The translations under genes and the position numbers were made by a program. Source: Stegostoma tigrinum (lineage: Eukaryota). From it: a DNA stretch of 64,000 nt. The stretch is taken from positions 53,282,152 to 53,346,151 of the forward strand of contig NC_081364.1 in the NCBI RefSeq assembly GCF_030684315.1, read 5' to 3'. The notes below the pieces were generated by a model, which was not told the origin of the DNA, did not search any database, and worked only from the letters and a program-made list of their open reading frames with translations. Position 1 is the first letter of the stretch, and each line of letters opens with the position of its first letter. Shown piece by piece: positions 12,433 through 24,805 of this stretch.

Positions 12433-12905
12433 ATTGCAGTTGTTCACTAGTTTGCTGAGCTGGTTGTTCTGTGGTGTGCAGATGTTCTGTTACCCTTCTA
12501 GGCAACATCGTCAGTGTGACCTCTAATCGAAGCAGTGGTGTTCTGCTTCATTCTGGATTTATATGATCCTCTCGTGTGATGGTCTTGTCTCTTCCAGTTC
12601 TGTTGTTTTAGCTCCAGTCTGTATATGTGGTCTATTTCTATGTGTTTGTTAATGGAGTCCTGTGTTGAGAACCAGACCCTGTGTACAGACCGGTGCTAAA
12701 ACAACAGAACTGGAAGCGACAAGACCATCACACGAGACAATCATATAAATCCGGAAGGAGGTAGAACACCAACACTTTGATTACAGGTCACACTGATGAT
12801 GTTGCCTAGAAGGGCAACGAAATGCCTGCACACCAGAAAACAACTGACTTGGTGAGGAAACGAACAACTGCATCCACAAACCAAGCTACAAATTTTCATT
12901 AAGAC
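12433..12905. mobile_element. Inverted-repeat element from a second PLE family
   Basis: Arms of about 180 bp; centre encodes a PLE C-terminus-like peptide WFSTQDSINKHIEIDHIY (- strand); TSD ctcaccataaaa 12421-12432 / cttaccataaaa 12906-12917. Confidence 0.8.
12793..12826 (+). ncRNA. Hammerhead motif of the second PLE family, cleavage triplet mutated
   Basis: ctgatga-t-gttgcc-tagaag-ggcaac-gaaa-tg-cc; 6-bp helix II. Confidence 0.55.
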
Positions 12906-13277
12906 CTTACCATAAAACCTTGATCAGTTTTAAGTTACAATAATCATTATTGATCATTTTTGTTGATTAAATATAACTATAAAGTTAAAACTGTATGCGC
13001 ATTCTCAACATGGTGTTTAGCATAATACTACAATACCAATTATAGGAAGCTCAAATTCATCTATGTTTGAGTGGTGCAGATATACCAGATACCTCTACAA
13101 ACATGTATGTTCCTTGAGCACTAAGGTAAAACCGCTGAAAAAGAACCAGATTTGAAACAAATGCCTTTATTATTTACATACAAGGTTGTTCACTACTTTA
13201 GGAAGATACGTCTTTCTATAAAATTCAAGAACATCCCACTGGGTTGGGTAAAATAACAGCACTGAAACTACTATAAA

Positions 13278-14041
13278 GGTGGGGATTTCAAGAGCGAACT
13301 ATATGGTAAATGGAAAAGCCCTGGAGAAAATTGATGCACAGAGAGATCTGGGTGTTCAGGTCCATTGTACCCTGAAGATGGCAATGCAGGTGGAGAGAGT
13401 GGTCAAGAAGGCACACGGCATGTTTTCATTCATCGGATGGGGTATTGAGTACAAGAGTTAGCAGGTCATGTTACACTTGTATAGGACTTTGGTTCGACCA
13501 CATTTGGAATACTGGGCACAGTCCTAATCGCCACATTACCAAAAGGATGTGGATGCTTTGGAGAGGGTACAGAGGAGGTTCACCAGGATGTTGCCTGGTA
13601 TGGAGGGCGCTAGCTATGAAAAGAGGTTGAATAGATTAGGATTATTTACATTAGGAAGTTGAGGGGGTCCTGACTGAGGCCTACAAAATCATGAGAAATA
13701 CAGACAGGGTGGATTGCGAGAAGCCTTTTCCCCAGAGTGGGGGACTCAATTACCAGGGGTCATGATTTCAAGATGAGAGGGGAAAAGTTTAAGGGAGATA
13801 TGTGTGGAAAGTTCTTTTCGCAGAGGGTGGTGAATGCCTGGAACGTGTTGCCAGCGGAGGTGGTAAAGGGGGACACAATAGCATCATTTATGATGTATCT
13901 AGACAGATACATGAATGGGCAAGGAGCAGAGGGATATAGATCGATGGAAAATAGGCGACAGGTTTAGGTAGAGGATCTGGATCAGTGCAGGCTTGGAGGG
14001 CCGAAGGGCCTGTTCCTGTGCTGTAATTTTCTTTGTTCTTT
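13278..14041 (+). mobile_element. CR1-clade LINE, 3' fragment
   Basis: QRDLGVQVH..VVKKAHGM; FFSQRVVNAWN; tail ctttgttctttg. Confidence 0.88.
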
Positions 14042-14908
14042 GCTGAACAAACTTTGCTGACCACGTAGGATACTAACTCAAATGGATGGGAAAATAGCAG
14101 AACTTTGTTTTAAAACTGATTAAGAATTAATATCATTTTTGAGCTTTTATATAGATATTTTCATTAGTTCTGCATTATTGACGAGAATATAATCAAATTT
14201 TATGTGCCCCATAATCGGACAGCAGCCATTCCTATCCAATATTTAGGTAATGACTCTGTGATAATATTCTTATATTTAAAGGCTGACAAAGTATTTTTGT
14301 GTATTGCAGTCAGCTACCCTGTGCCTGTCAACCAGACGTGCGGATCACCTGCCACTATCGGCAGCTGTTCTGTCTGGTATCTCAGTACCACCACCTCTCC
14401 GTTTTCTTCTCCTCTAGGCCCATATTCTGAACACATTACCTAATATCTCCTTCTATGCTCAGCATCAATTTTTATGCCTTTGTGAAGACCTTGGGATATT
14501 TATGATGATATGTAAATACAAGTTGTTGAATATTCACTCTTTGGATGAAGATTAAGGCTCTAAACTAAACAGTTTACTTCAATATACAAGCAACAAACAG
14601 TATGAGGTATCAAACAGTGCAGATATTCCATCTTCAATACATTTAAAATAATCAATTTGCCACACACTCTTTCTGTGTATGGACTATAAAGCAGAAAGTC
14701 ACTTCATACTTGTGTAAAAATTTGCACTTTTGAACTGATCCAGTCGTCCAGTATACAAAATAAGAATTCATATAGAAACTCTAACTTAATGAAAAAAAAA
14801 ATCCCCAATCCTCAACTGAAGCAAGATCAATTTACAAGCCTTTTGTGGCTGGAATGGGAAAAACGGATTATTGAAAAAAGTGCTTGAAACCCAATATAAT
14901 TCTGACCA

Positions 14909-16910
14909 GAGAGATAATGGGAACTGCGGATGCTGGAGAATCCAAGGTAATAAAGTGTGAAGCTGGATGAACACGGATGTAGGTAGGGAGTTCAGATCTG
15001 GACTCCATTTTCTCCCCTTTCGTCCAGGAACTCCCTACCTACGTCCGTGACACCACCCACGCCCTCCACCTCCTTCAGAACTTCCAATTCCCTGGCCCCC
15101 AACACCTCATTTTCACCATGGACGTCCAGTCCCTATACACCTGTATTCCGCATGCAGATGGCCTTAAGGCCCTCCGCTTCTTCCTGTCCCGACCAGTCCC
15201 CCTCCACTGACACCCTCATCCACCTAGCTGAACTCGTCCTCACCCTCAACAACTTCTCTTTCGATTCCTCCCACTTCCTACAGACAAAGGGGGTGGCCAT
15301 GGGCACCCGCATGGGCCCCAGCTATGCCTGCCTCTTTGTAGGTTATGTGGAACAGTCCCTCTTCCGCACCTACACAGGCCCCAAACCCCACCTCTTCCTC
15401 CGTTACATTGATTACTCTATCGGCACCGCCTCTTGCTCCCCAGAGGAGCTCAAACAGTTCATCCACTTCACCAATACCTTCCACCCCAACCTCAAGTTCA
15501 CCTGGGCCATGTCCAACACATCTCTCACCTTCCTGGACCTCTCAGTCTCCATCTTAGGCAACCAGCTTGTAACTGATGTCCATTTCAAGCCCACCGACGC
15601 CCACAGCTACCTAGAATACACCTCTTCCCACCCACCCTTTTGCAAAAATTCCATCCCCTATTCCCAATTCCTCCACATCTGCTCCCAGGATGAGGCATTC
15701 CACTCCTGCACATCCCAGATGTCCAAGTTCTTCAAGGACCGCAACTTTCCCCCCACAGTGGTCGAGAACGCCCTTGACCGTGTCACCCGCATTTCCCGCA
15801 ACACATCCCTCACACCCCGCCCCTGCCACAACCGCCCAAAGAGGATCCCCCTCGTTCTCACACACCACCCCACCAACCTCCAGATACAACGCATCATCCT
15901 CCGACACTTCCGCCATCTACAATCCGACCCCACCACCCAAGACAATTTTCCAACCCCATCCTTGTCTGCTTTCCAGAGAGACCACTCTCTCCATGACTCC
16001 CTTGTCCGCTCCACACTGCCCTCCAACCCCACCACACCCGGCACCTTCCCCTGCAACCGCAGGAAGTGCTAGACTTGCCCCCACACCTCCTCCCTCACCC
16101 CTATCCCAGGCCACAAGATGACTTTCCATGTTAAGCAGAGGTTCACTTGCACATCTGCCAATGTGGTATACTGTATCCATTGTACCCGGTGTGGCTACCT
16201 CTACATTGGGGAAACCAAGCAGAGGCTTGGGGACCGCTTTGCAGAACACCTCCGCTCGGTTCGCAATAAACAACTGCACCTCCCAGTCGCGAACCATTTC
16301 AACTCCCCCTCCCATTCTTTAGATGACATGTCCATCATGGGCATCCTGCAGTGCCACAATGATGCCACCCGAAGGTTGCAGGAACAGCAACTCATATTCC
16401 ACTTGGGAACCCTGCAGCCCAATGGTATCAATGTGGACTTCACCAGCTTCAAAATCACCCCTTCCCCCACCGCATCCCAAAACCAGCCCAGTTCATCCCC
16501 TCCCTCCACTGCATCACACAACCAGCCCAGCTCATCCCCTCCCCCCACTGCATCCCAAAACCAGTCCAGCCTGTCTCTGCCTCCCTAACCTGTTCTTCCT
16601 CTCAACCATCCCTTCCTCCCACCCCAAGCCGCACCTCCATTTCCTACCTACTAACCTCATCCCACCTCCTTGACCTGTCCATCTTCCCTGGACTGACCTA
16701 TCCCCTCCCTACCTCCCCACCTATACTCTCCTCTCCACCTATCTTCCTTTCTCTCCATCTTCGGTCCGCTTCCCCCTCTCTCCCTATTTATTCCAGAACC
16801 CTCACCCCATCCCCGTCTCTGATGAAGGGTCTAGGCCCGAAACGTCAGCTTTTGTGCTCCTGAGATGCTGCTTGGCCTGCTGTGTTCATCCAGCTTCACA
16901 CTTTATTATC
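14909..16910 (+). mobile_element. Penelope-like element (RT + GIY-YIG endonuclease), 5'-truncated, with an inverted terminal fragment and TSD
   Basis: RT motifs QTKGVAMGTRMGPSYA and FLRYID; GIY-YIG NVVYCIHCTRCGYLYIGETKQRLGDRFAEH; TSD ataattctgacca 14896-14908 / ataatcctgacca 16911-16923. Confidence 0.93.
16819..16846 (+). ncRNA. Minimal type I hammerhead ribozyme motif at a PLE terminus
   Basis: CTGATGA-A-GGG TCTAGG CCC-GAAA-CG-TC. Helix I is weak (about 2 bp), so activity is unproven. Confidence 0.7.
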
Positions 16911-17789
16911 ATAATCCTGACCACAAGCCACTTGTTAGAAATAAGACCAATCAGTATCACTGTAGCCTACTTAAACGTCTAGACAAAGTTATCAGAACAA
17001 ACCAACTACTCCACAACAGTCTCTTGCAAGTTCTTTTGGGACTATCACTGTAGGAAGTAGAGATCCCAATCCAAAGTGGGATGCAGCCCAAGTGAATATA
17101 TAGTAGCACCAATTTGGGGAATTTGGAAACAGCGTGGGAATAGAACTGGTAATTTTTTTTTCTTTATCCATTTTAAAAGTTTAAAATTCAGTGGTGTAGT
17201 GAAAAGCTTAATAAGGTACCTGATTCAGCTGACTGGAATACAGATGTCAATTACCTGAAACTTGAATAGGTGCTAATTACTTAACTAGTGAGAGTCATTT
17301 CAGCTTGCCTCAGCTGTACTTAAGAGAGATAACAAGGTATAGAGTTGGATGAACACAGTAGGCCAAGCAGCATCAGATGAATAGTGAGGCTGATGTTTTG
17401 GGTCTAACCCTTCAGTTCCTGCTATCTTTGTACTTAAGAGAGGGTTGTTGAAAGTGCACAATCAGTAAACTTTGCATAGTCAGAAAGAAGAGAACATCTC
17501 TGGAGTAAGATACAGCCTGAGAGTGTGCACAGTTTGGGGATTTGGTGATGAGGTGCTTTTCACTTTTTTTTCTGACTCATAGTTTGTAATTTTTTTTTTC
17601 TGCACAAGATCAATTGAAGCCCAAGATAGGGGTTCAGCACAAGAGTGATAGGTAAACTGTAAGTTCATTGGTTGGTGGTAGCTACTAATTTTGACTATTA
17701 TAAGTTACTTTCAGAGTTAGGATAAATAGGGGAAATATTTACAGGCTGAAAACTAAAGGACCAGTACAATTTTTAAAAAAAACAGTAAA

Positions 17790-18425
17790 GTAAAAATGCT
17801 GGGCCATGTAATGTGTAACTGCATAATGTGAGATATGGTGGACCCCATTGTGGTTCATAGTGACCACATCTGAAGCAGGTTTTGATTGCTTGAAGAACTC
17901 CAGCTCAGCACTGATGAGCTAGAATCTGAGTTTCAAACGCTATGACACACCAGTGAGGAAGGCGCTGCATCCCTTAAATTAACCACTTCAGATAGTAGTG
18001 GTCAGTGGTCAGGCACAGAAAGGTGTGACCACAGGTGAGGTAGATAGAGGGTTCCAGGAAGATTGAAACTTACAGAAAAGGGGCTAGGATATGGTGGACA
18101 TGGAGAAGATATTTCCACTAGTAGGAGAGACTAGGACTTGAGGGTACAGCCTCAAAATGAAGAGACAACCCTTTAAAACTGGTGAGGAACAATTTCTTCA
18201 GCAAAAAGTCGTTAATCTGTGGAACCTATTGCTGCAGAGGGCTGCGGATGCTAAGTCATTAAATGTATTAAGACAGAAATAGATGGGTTCTTAACTGGTA
18301 AGGGGATCAAGGTTTACAGGGAGAAGGCAGGGGAATTGAGTTGCGAAAAGTATCAGCCATGATCGAATGGAAGAGCAGACTCAATGAGCCGAATGGCCTA
18401 ATTCTCCTCCTATGTATTATGTCTT
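17790..18425 (+). mobile_element. CR1-clade LINE fragments
   Basis: 3' end 18075-18425 matches other CR1 tails; ORF1-like remnant upstream. Confidence 0.6.
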
Positions 18426-18971
18426 TACACACTTTTTTGAAAAATTCATCCTCATCCCAAGACTAAAATTTGCTGTCAATAATATGAAAAAACAATCTTT
18501 GACAAAAACAAGAAATTAATTGAATGAGATGTCTCCAGCAATTTGAACAATTAAGAATTCTTTGAGGAAATAAACTGTTCTAACTCTTGACATGCTGTCT
18601 CCAGCTATAAAAAACTCATTCAAACACTTGAGCCCTCTCTGTGATTTTTTTTTCATTAGTTTTATTCTTTTACTTTTTTTTTGTGTATGGAGCTGTGGAT
18701 TGGAAATTGTTTGCTAAAGATGTCTTTTGGATTGTGAGAAATAGCTAGTGTTAAAAGGAAAACAGTTCAAACAAGCTTTTGTATATTTATGAGGCTACAC
18801 CTGAAAGTTAACTTTTTTTTGTTTAACTGCAAGCTGATTCTTGAAGAAGATTTTTTTGTGGATTGTTCATGGGTTCATGGGATGATGTACTGGGAACAGC
18901 ATTATGTTTAACAGATGGTCGTAGATTTTGGTTATTAATGCGGTCTGTACCTGGGAAATGGTTCCAACAAG

Positions 18972-19310
18972 TGACAGCATGATGGCTCAATGGTTAGCAC
19001 TGCTGCTTCACTGCTAGGGACCCAGGTTCAGTTCCACCTTAGGGTCACTGTCCGTGTGGAGTTTTTACATTCTCCCTGTGTCTGTGTGGGGTTCCCCGCC
19101 CCCCAGTCCATAAATGTGCAGATTAGGTGCATTGGCCATGCTAAGTTTTAGCTTGTAGTACCCAGGGATGTGTAGAATAGGTGGATTATCCCTGTAATTC
19201 TCAGCACTAGGGGTAGAGAGAGTTGGGACTGGGCACAATGCTCTTTGAAGGGTCGGGGTGGACTTGGTGTGCTGAATAACGTGTTTTCACACTAAAGGGA
19301 TTCTATGATT
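18972..19310 (+). mobile_element. HE1-type V-SINE, diverged
   Basis: tggctcaatggttagcactgctgc head plus core and tail. Confidence 0.82.
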
Positions 19311-19861
19311 AAATCTTGAGCTGCTCCTACTTGTAACATTTAATGTTCATTTGTATGGAGAAAAAAGATGGGAATAAAACTCCACCTTGATGAGAACTGA
19401 AGATGCACACCAGTGTCTTGAATCTGTTGCCCGTTAAACAACCTATACAATTTTATTACCCATTTGCAATCAATAGAAAGGGAAAATGAACAAGGTCTAT
19501 AATGGGTTGTCTGTGTGTGATCTTGCCATTTCCCCCAATATTATTCATTCCCCAGTCATTCTATGGAATGCTAAAGTGGTAGCTATCCTCCCAGATGGAG
19601 AAAGTAATGGCTATTAAAATCCAGCAGAACTTCCATTATGGATTATATGTTGATTCTCATGAGCTTTGGGATACAAAATGCTCAGCTTACCAATTTATCT
19701 ACACAGACTAAATGAAAATGTGATTTGTCTTACTACACAGTTGGCAGCAAGAATCGTCCAATTATAGAAAATAGCGATTAGTTTCAGAAGATCCTATAAC
19801 CACAGGATTTCACATAAATAAAACATCCCAAGGCATTGCACAGTTAGTGGGCAACTGTAAA

Positions 19862-20110
19862 TGTGGAGTTTACACATTCTCCCTATGTCTACGTGGGGTT
19901 CCTCTGGGTGCTCCAGTTTCAGCCCACAGTTCAAAGATGTGCAGGCTTGGCAAATTGGTCATACTAAATGCCCATAGTGTCCAAGGAAGTATAGGTTAGG
20001 TGGATTAGCCATACGATAGGGGCAGGTCTGGGTGAGATAATCTTTGGAGGATTGGTGTGGACTCAATGGGACGAATGGCCCACTTCCACACTAGGGATTT
20101 AATGATTCTA
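19862..20110 (+). mobile_element. HE1-type V-SINE, 5'-truncated
   Basis: Core and tail without the tRNA head. Confidence 0.8.
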
Positions 20111-21100
20111 AGTCTGGAAAAGATTTTATGTTCAAGCAGATGGCAGATGTTGAATGGTAACTCGGACCTGGTGGAGGAGATGGTCAGTTTGTCAGGAGTG
20201 GTCAGAGTTTGAATTGAATTTTGGACTGTGTTTTCTGGAATCAGGTTGCTGATGCTACAACATGAGGATCTGAAAGTTCCCTAGTGAATCTCCCATTAGC
20301 AGCTCTTGGAAGCTCAAAGAAAGAAAATGAAGTGAGAAATATTACTGCCTTTGTCTGAGTGAACTCTAAAGGTGACCACAATCAATATCTTGAGAACATC
20401 AGCCAAGAAACTATCATCAATGCTTGTGGAACAACGCATCATGAAAACTATTTAAGTAATCTGGCCAGTTTCACTATTCTCTTTTATTCATCCTTAGTTG
20501 TGCTAGTTTGTCATCCTTTATGTGAATAGACTAGAAACTGTTTTTTTTGGGTTTATAGTATAAGTCTATAAGATTACTTTGTTGTTTAATTTTGCTCTCC
20601 TGAGGTTAAATTGCTAAGTTTTTTCTTTAAGCTACAAACCAGTGTCAAGAATTGATCATTAGCAAAGTCTGCGACTGGATAGTCAGAAAAGTCTGAATGG
20701 AAACTTTGGGGTCAATTTTGAGGGTCTTTGAAGGTTTTAACATTACTTTTTTTTTCCATATATACCCAGAAGTGCCATCACACACAACTGAGCACCTTTG
20801 CTACCACAAAAATCACTGACTTTTTTTGTTTCTTTGTTTCCTCCTTAAGCACTAACCATCAGCAGTAGGGTAATGTTACTATGTTACAAATACATAGGTA
20901 AAGAGCTGATTTTATTTAGCTGTCTGTCTCTGTGTTGCAACACTATATTAAGTTTAACTTTGGCAAATGGTGAAGAAAGTGCTACAATTGATCAAAATAT
21001 AACATGCATTTCTATTGAAAGTCTTAAATTTGGAGATTTCCCCCACTGGAATAATCACAAATACTTTAAATATATTTCACTTTATTGAAATGAACCATAC

Positions 21101-21344
21101 CTGAAACTCCACAAAGGTAATATGCCACAATCTTGTCATGTCTCCTTGAGATCTGGACACGAGTAGCGCTTCATGTTTCTGCAGACTACTGATGTATTGA
21201 CAGTGATATGAATGTGTAACTGGAGCGTAAATTTCAGATGCATTGAACGCTGCTTGTAATGAATTGTTGTGGAAGATCTGCACAAAATCCAGGCTAAACC
21301 ACTTCTGAACAGAAGTTCTGTGATAATTATTTGACATTTCAAAC
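21101..21344 (-). CDS. ATP6AP1L: V-type proton ATPase subunit S1-like, exon 9 (luminal domain)
   Basis: atag|FEMSNNYHRTSVQKWFSLDFV...FNASEIYAPVTHSYHCQYISSL...WHITFVEFQ|gtatgg; 244 nt. Confidence 0.95.
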
Positions 21345-23276
21345 CTATAATTAGACAATAGAAGCACTGAAACTTTTATCTACAAAACATTTCATATGTT
21401 AAATTTTTGCATTTGCATTTGCGTTGTGTATCACAGTGTTTGGGCAAACAGGTATGTTTAATCAACCTGTCCAGGGATGTTATGATACACCTCTGAAGTA
21501 AGAGTGACTCAATCGCAGACCTCCTAGCTCTGACAATAGGAACACTACCCACTGTGCCACCGAACCCTAAGGGTTGGACAGATGTATATTCTATAATCAA
21601 ACTGTCAGAGATGTTATTTCACATAGCCGAAGCAAGTGGAATTTGAACACAAACCTCCTGTCTCAGACATTGAGATACTATAACTGTGCTGCAAGAGTTC
21701 CTACTGATAGGGAAATAAGTTGTGTTGATTTATGAACAACACCTGTCTTGCTTTGGTACAAGTTATCATATCTTAGTTAAATAACTAATATTTTGCAATG
21801 ATAATACTTAATACCTGTCTAAGGCAGTAAATTAAGGAATTCAGTTGACATTGATAGATAAATGTCCCTAATAATAGCTGCGGAATTGCCAGATATACCA
21901 TTGACCTAACTGGGTATTTCACTCTGTTTTGTTTGGTGTCTGATGTGTAGATTGTGCAGGTACATGATATGAAAGGATATTTATATAGAAAGATTAAAAT
22001 AATATTGTGGCATCCCTCACCCCTGTAACAGTGTTTCAACAAATACTACAATTGGGAGCCCTATAGATTAGGAATACGCTTGGATTGATCGTTGGATTGT
22101 GATGAATTTGGTGATCCGAGGGTCCTGATGGCAATTCTGCAACTGAGCTCAACAGTCCTGACTTACGAAAATGAAAAGCGTCTATATCCCTTTCAAGCAA
22201 CTTTAACTGTACTGCATCACCAGGGGACAAGATTGAGCTGAGCAATGTTTATTATATACATTAGCTACTGCCACCATTCATCATCAGGTATACTTATATA
22301 TGATGACTACTTGTCTAAAGTATTTACAGGATGATTAACATTGTGGACCTCAACAAAGTATTATCATGTTCAAGTGGTTCTGATGTCATTATTACAAATA
22401 TGCCAAGAACCAACTGGAACTTTAAAACTTAAGAGTATGTTATGGAGCCTTAGTGCCTCATAAATGGGATTGAATATTCACGGTATTTTGTCATTTGGCT
22501 TCAGGTATTCTAATGTGCAAGTGATTTTAAAGCTGAAATCTGCTTTGAACATTCTGTGTATTCCAACCTTTACAGTCTGCCATTGTATATAATGATCCTT
22601 GAACAAATAAACACACAAGAAAACACTGTAAGTGTTTTCCCCTGTCTTCTGTCAGTAATATGCCCAGAGCCAAGAATCAGATGTGTCTGCTACCCTGCAT
22701 TCAAACTAAAAGGCTGAGTAACATTGCTAATAAACACCAATGTGACTCATGAAATGTCCATGCTGGTTTTCTTCATTGAAATATCAAAAATTACCTCTCC
22801 AAAAATTAAGAATACTCTGTAGTTAAAAGAAATTGAAACCATTTTCCATTTACTCTTCAAGCTCTTTTATCTTGCTTAACTTGTTTTGATCAGTTACCCA
22901 GCCTACCATCCTAGCCACAAAGCTTTAATTAAGATATTCTTGAGATGTAATCAGGATTACGAGTAATTTAAAGAACATTATTATAATCTGTTGCTCTAAA
23001 CTGATCGTTTATTCTTTGGGTTTGACACAAATGAATCTTTCCCTTAAATCCTAAAATATATTTGTGCCTGTGATGTACCTTTATGTGTCAACAAGTTTCT
23101 AATCCACATCTGTCATTTGAAACAAGTGAAAATGCTAGAGTGCAATATACTACATCATATAATAGACTATAAATCAGTACAATCTTGCTTGAGCTCAGGT
23201 GCAATGTTAAGTATACAGTACTAAGCACCTAAGTAATTACCTAGGTAAGGAGAATTACTTAGGTAATATTCCTTAC

Positions 23277-23327
23277 CGAATGACAAGTTGCTTTAGATTT
23301 CCAACATCACCATAGTTCAAGGAAAGC
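23277..23327 (-). CDS. ATP6AP1L: V-type proton ATPase subunit S1-like, exon 8
   Basis: ttcag|(T)LSLNYGDVGNLKQLVI(R)|gtaagg; 51 nt, phase 2-2. Confidence 0.9.
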
Positions 23328-24563
23328 CTGAAGGTAACAAAGTAAAATTGTAAGCAGAAAGAACTGGTCCTGTATTTCATATTATATACATATTTTTAAA
23401 AAAGAGAATGAAGATTTATATTTAGAAAAGGTAAGTTATTGTGTTAATGATTATACCGGTTGTAAATAATTCTTAAGATGCATTTAAATGCATTTCAAAG
23501 TAAGGAATGAGACCCATGAACAATGCAACACTAATTTTAGGTATCTCTTTTCTGTCTCCTCCAAACATTTTCCACATCCCTTGCACTCTGTACTCTGTAC
23601 TACTTCATAGATGGATCAGTTTCTAATGATGTCTCTTCTCATAACATCACATTGTTTTGTCCATCTCTTATGATGTTCTCAATTTTTCGGGACAGCAATC
23701 CTGACGAAAGTCATTCTATTTCTTTCATAAATCACTCACAGTGTACTATTACCAGCTTCATGAAATTTTTATTTACTTGTGTCACATCCATGGAACTTTT
23801 CCTTGTTTTTCTGACTGCTTATCAGCAACCTCTAGCTTCTGAAATAGAAGACTGCATGCTGCTCCCAATGTCTTGCAATATTGAAACCAATACTTAACTC
23901 AGATTTGTGTATTCTTTTCCCATTTCAAATCAAAATAAATGCCTTCCTCAACTTTAAGGCAACATATTGCAAAAGCAAATCAAAGGTACTCAGCACAAAT
24001 TCAAGTACTGAAGACAAGACCATGACATAAAAATATGAAATTCGATCTGCTAAAATGTGAAGTCTATTTACACCAGAAATAATGTGTGCATTACAGAATA
24101 TACATGCCATTGAAATCAACAGCTACTTAATGTGAGGCCGTCTGAAATTTAAATACAGATACCAACTTAGGATCAAAAGACACAATTGAACATTAAAGGC
24201 AAAGAAACAAACAACAAAGATTTGTTTAGAATTACTTTTCCAGTTCTTTCATCTATATCCAAAATGAATCATATCCAAGATCTCACTGCCTGTAATTAAA
24301 ATGTAATCCTAAACTATAGTCTGCTTTGTGTTGTGGATTTGTTTCTTAAAACTCTCAACTCATTTCAGTCAACTAAATTAAGACATTTCTACTTCCATTA
24401 CCTGTACAATTCTCAGATATTGTAGTCCCCTCATAATAATAAACGAGTCAAATACTCAAATGTTCAATTGTTTCTAACTGATTTGCAACAATTTTTTTTA
24501 GAAAATCAATCTAATTCTAACGTAAAATGTCTAAATGAAAAATGCAATGTACCTAGGACTTAC

Positions 24564-24805
24564 GTAGCTTTATCTGCAGTACATGTTGAATCCCTGGTAT
24601 TAATTTTAGCAGTGCTCCCAAAAGTTCTGTTTGTCAAATCTATCTCAGGCTGGTCTCCAATTCGGAGTGTTACCTTCTTAGCTATGAAGAGAATGCAGGG
24701 GATTTCACCATCTGTGACATTTATGGGAGGATACTGGTTCCAGGTTGGGACTTGTAGGAGCTGTCTACCTGTATTCATTACATCATTGAAAGCAAGTCTA
24801 ATGAC
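24564..24805 (-). CDS. ATP6AP1L: V-type proton ATPase subunit S1-like, exon 7
   Basis: catag|VIRLAFNDVMNTGRQLLQ...PCILFIAKK...DLTNRTF...STCTADKA(T)|gtaagt; 242 nt. Confidence 0.93.
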
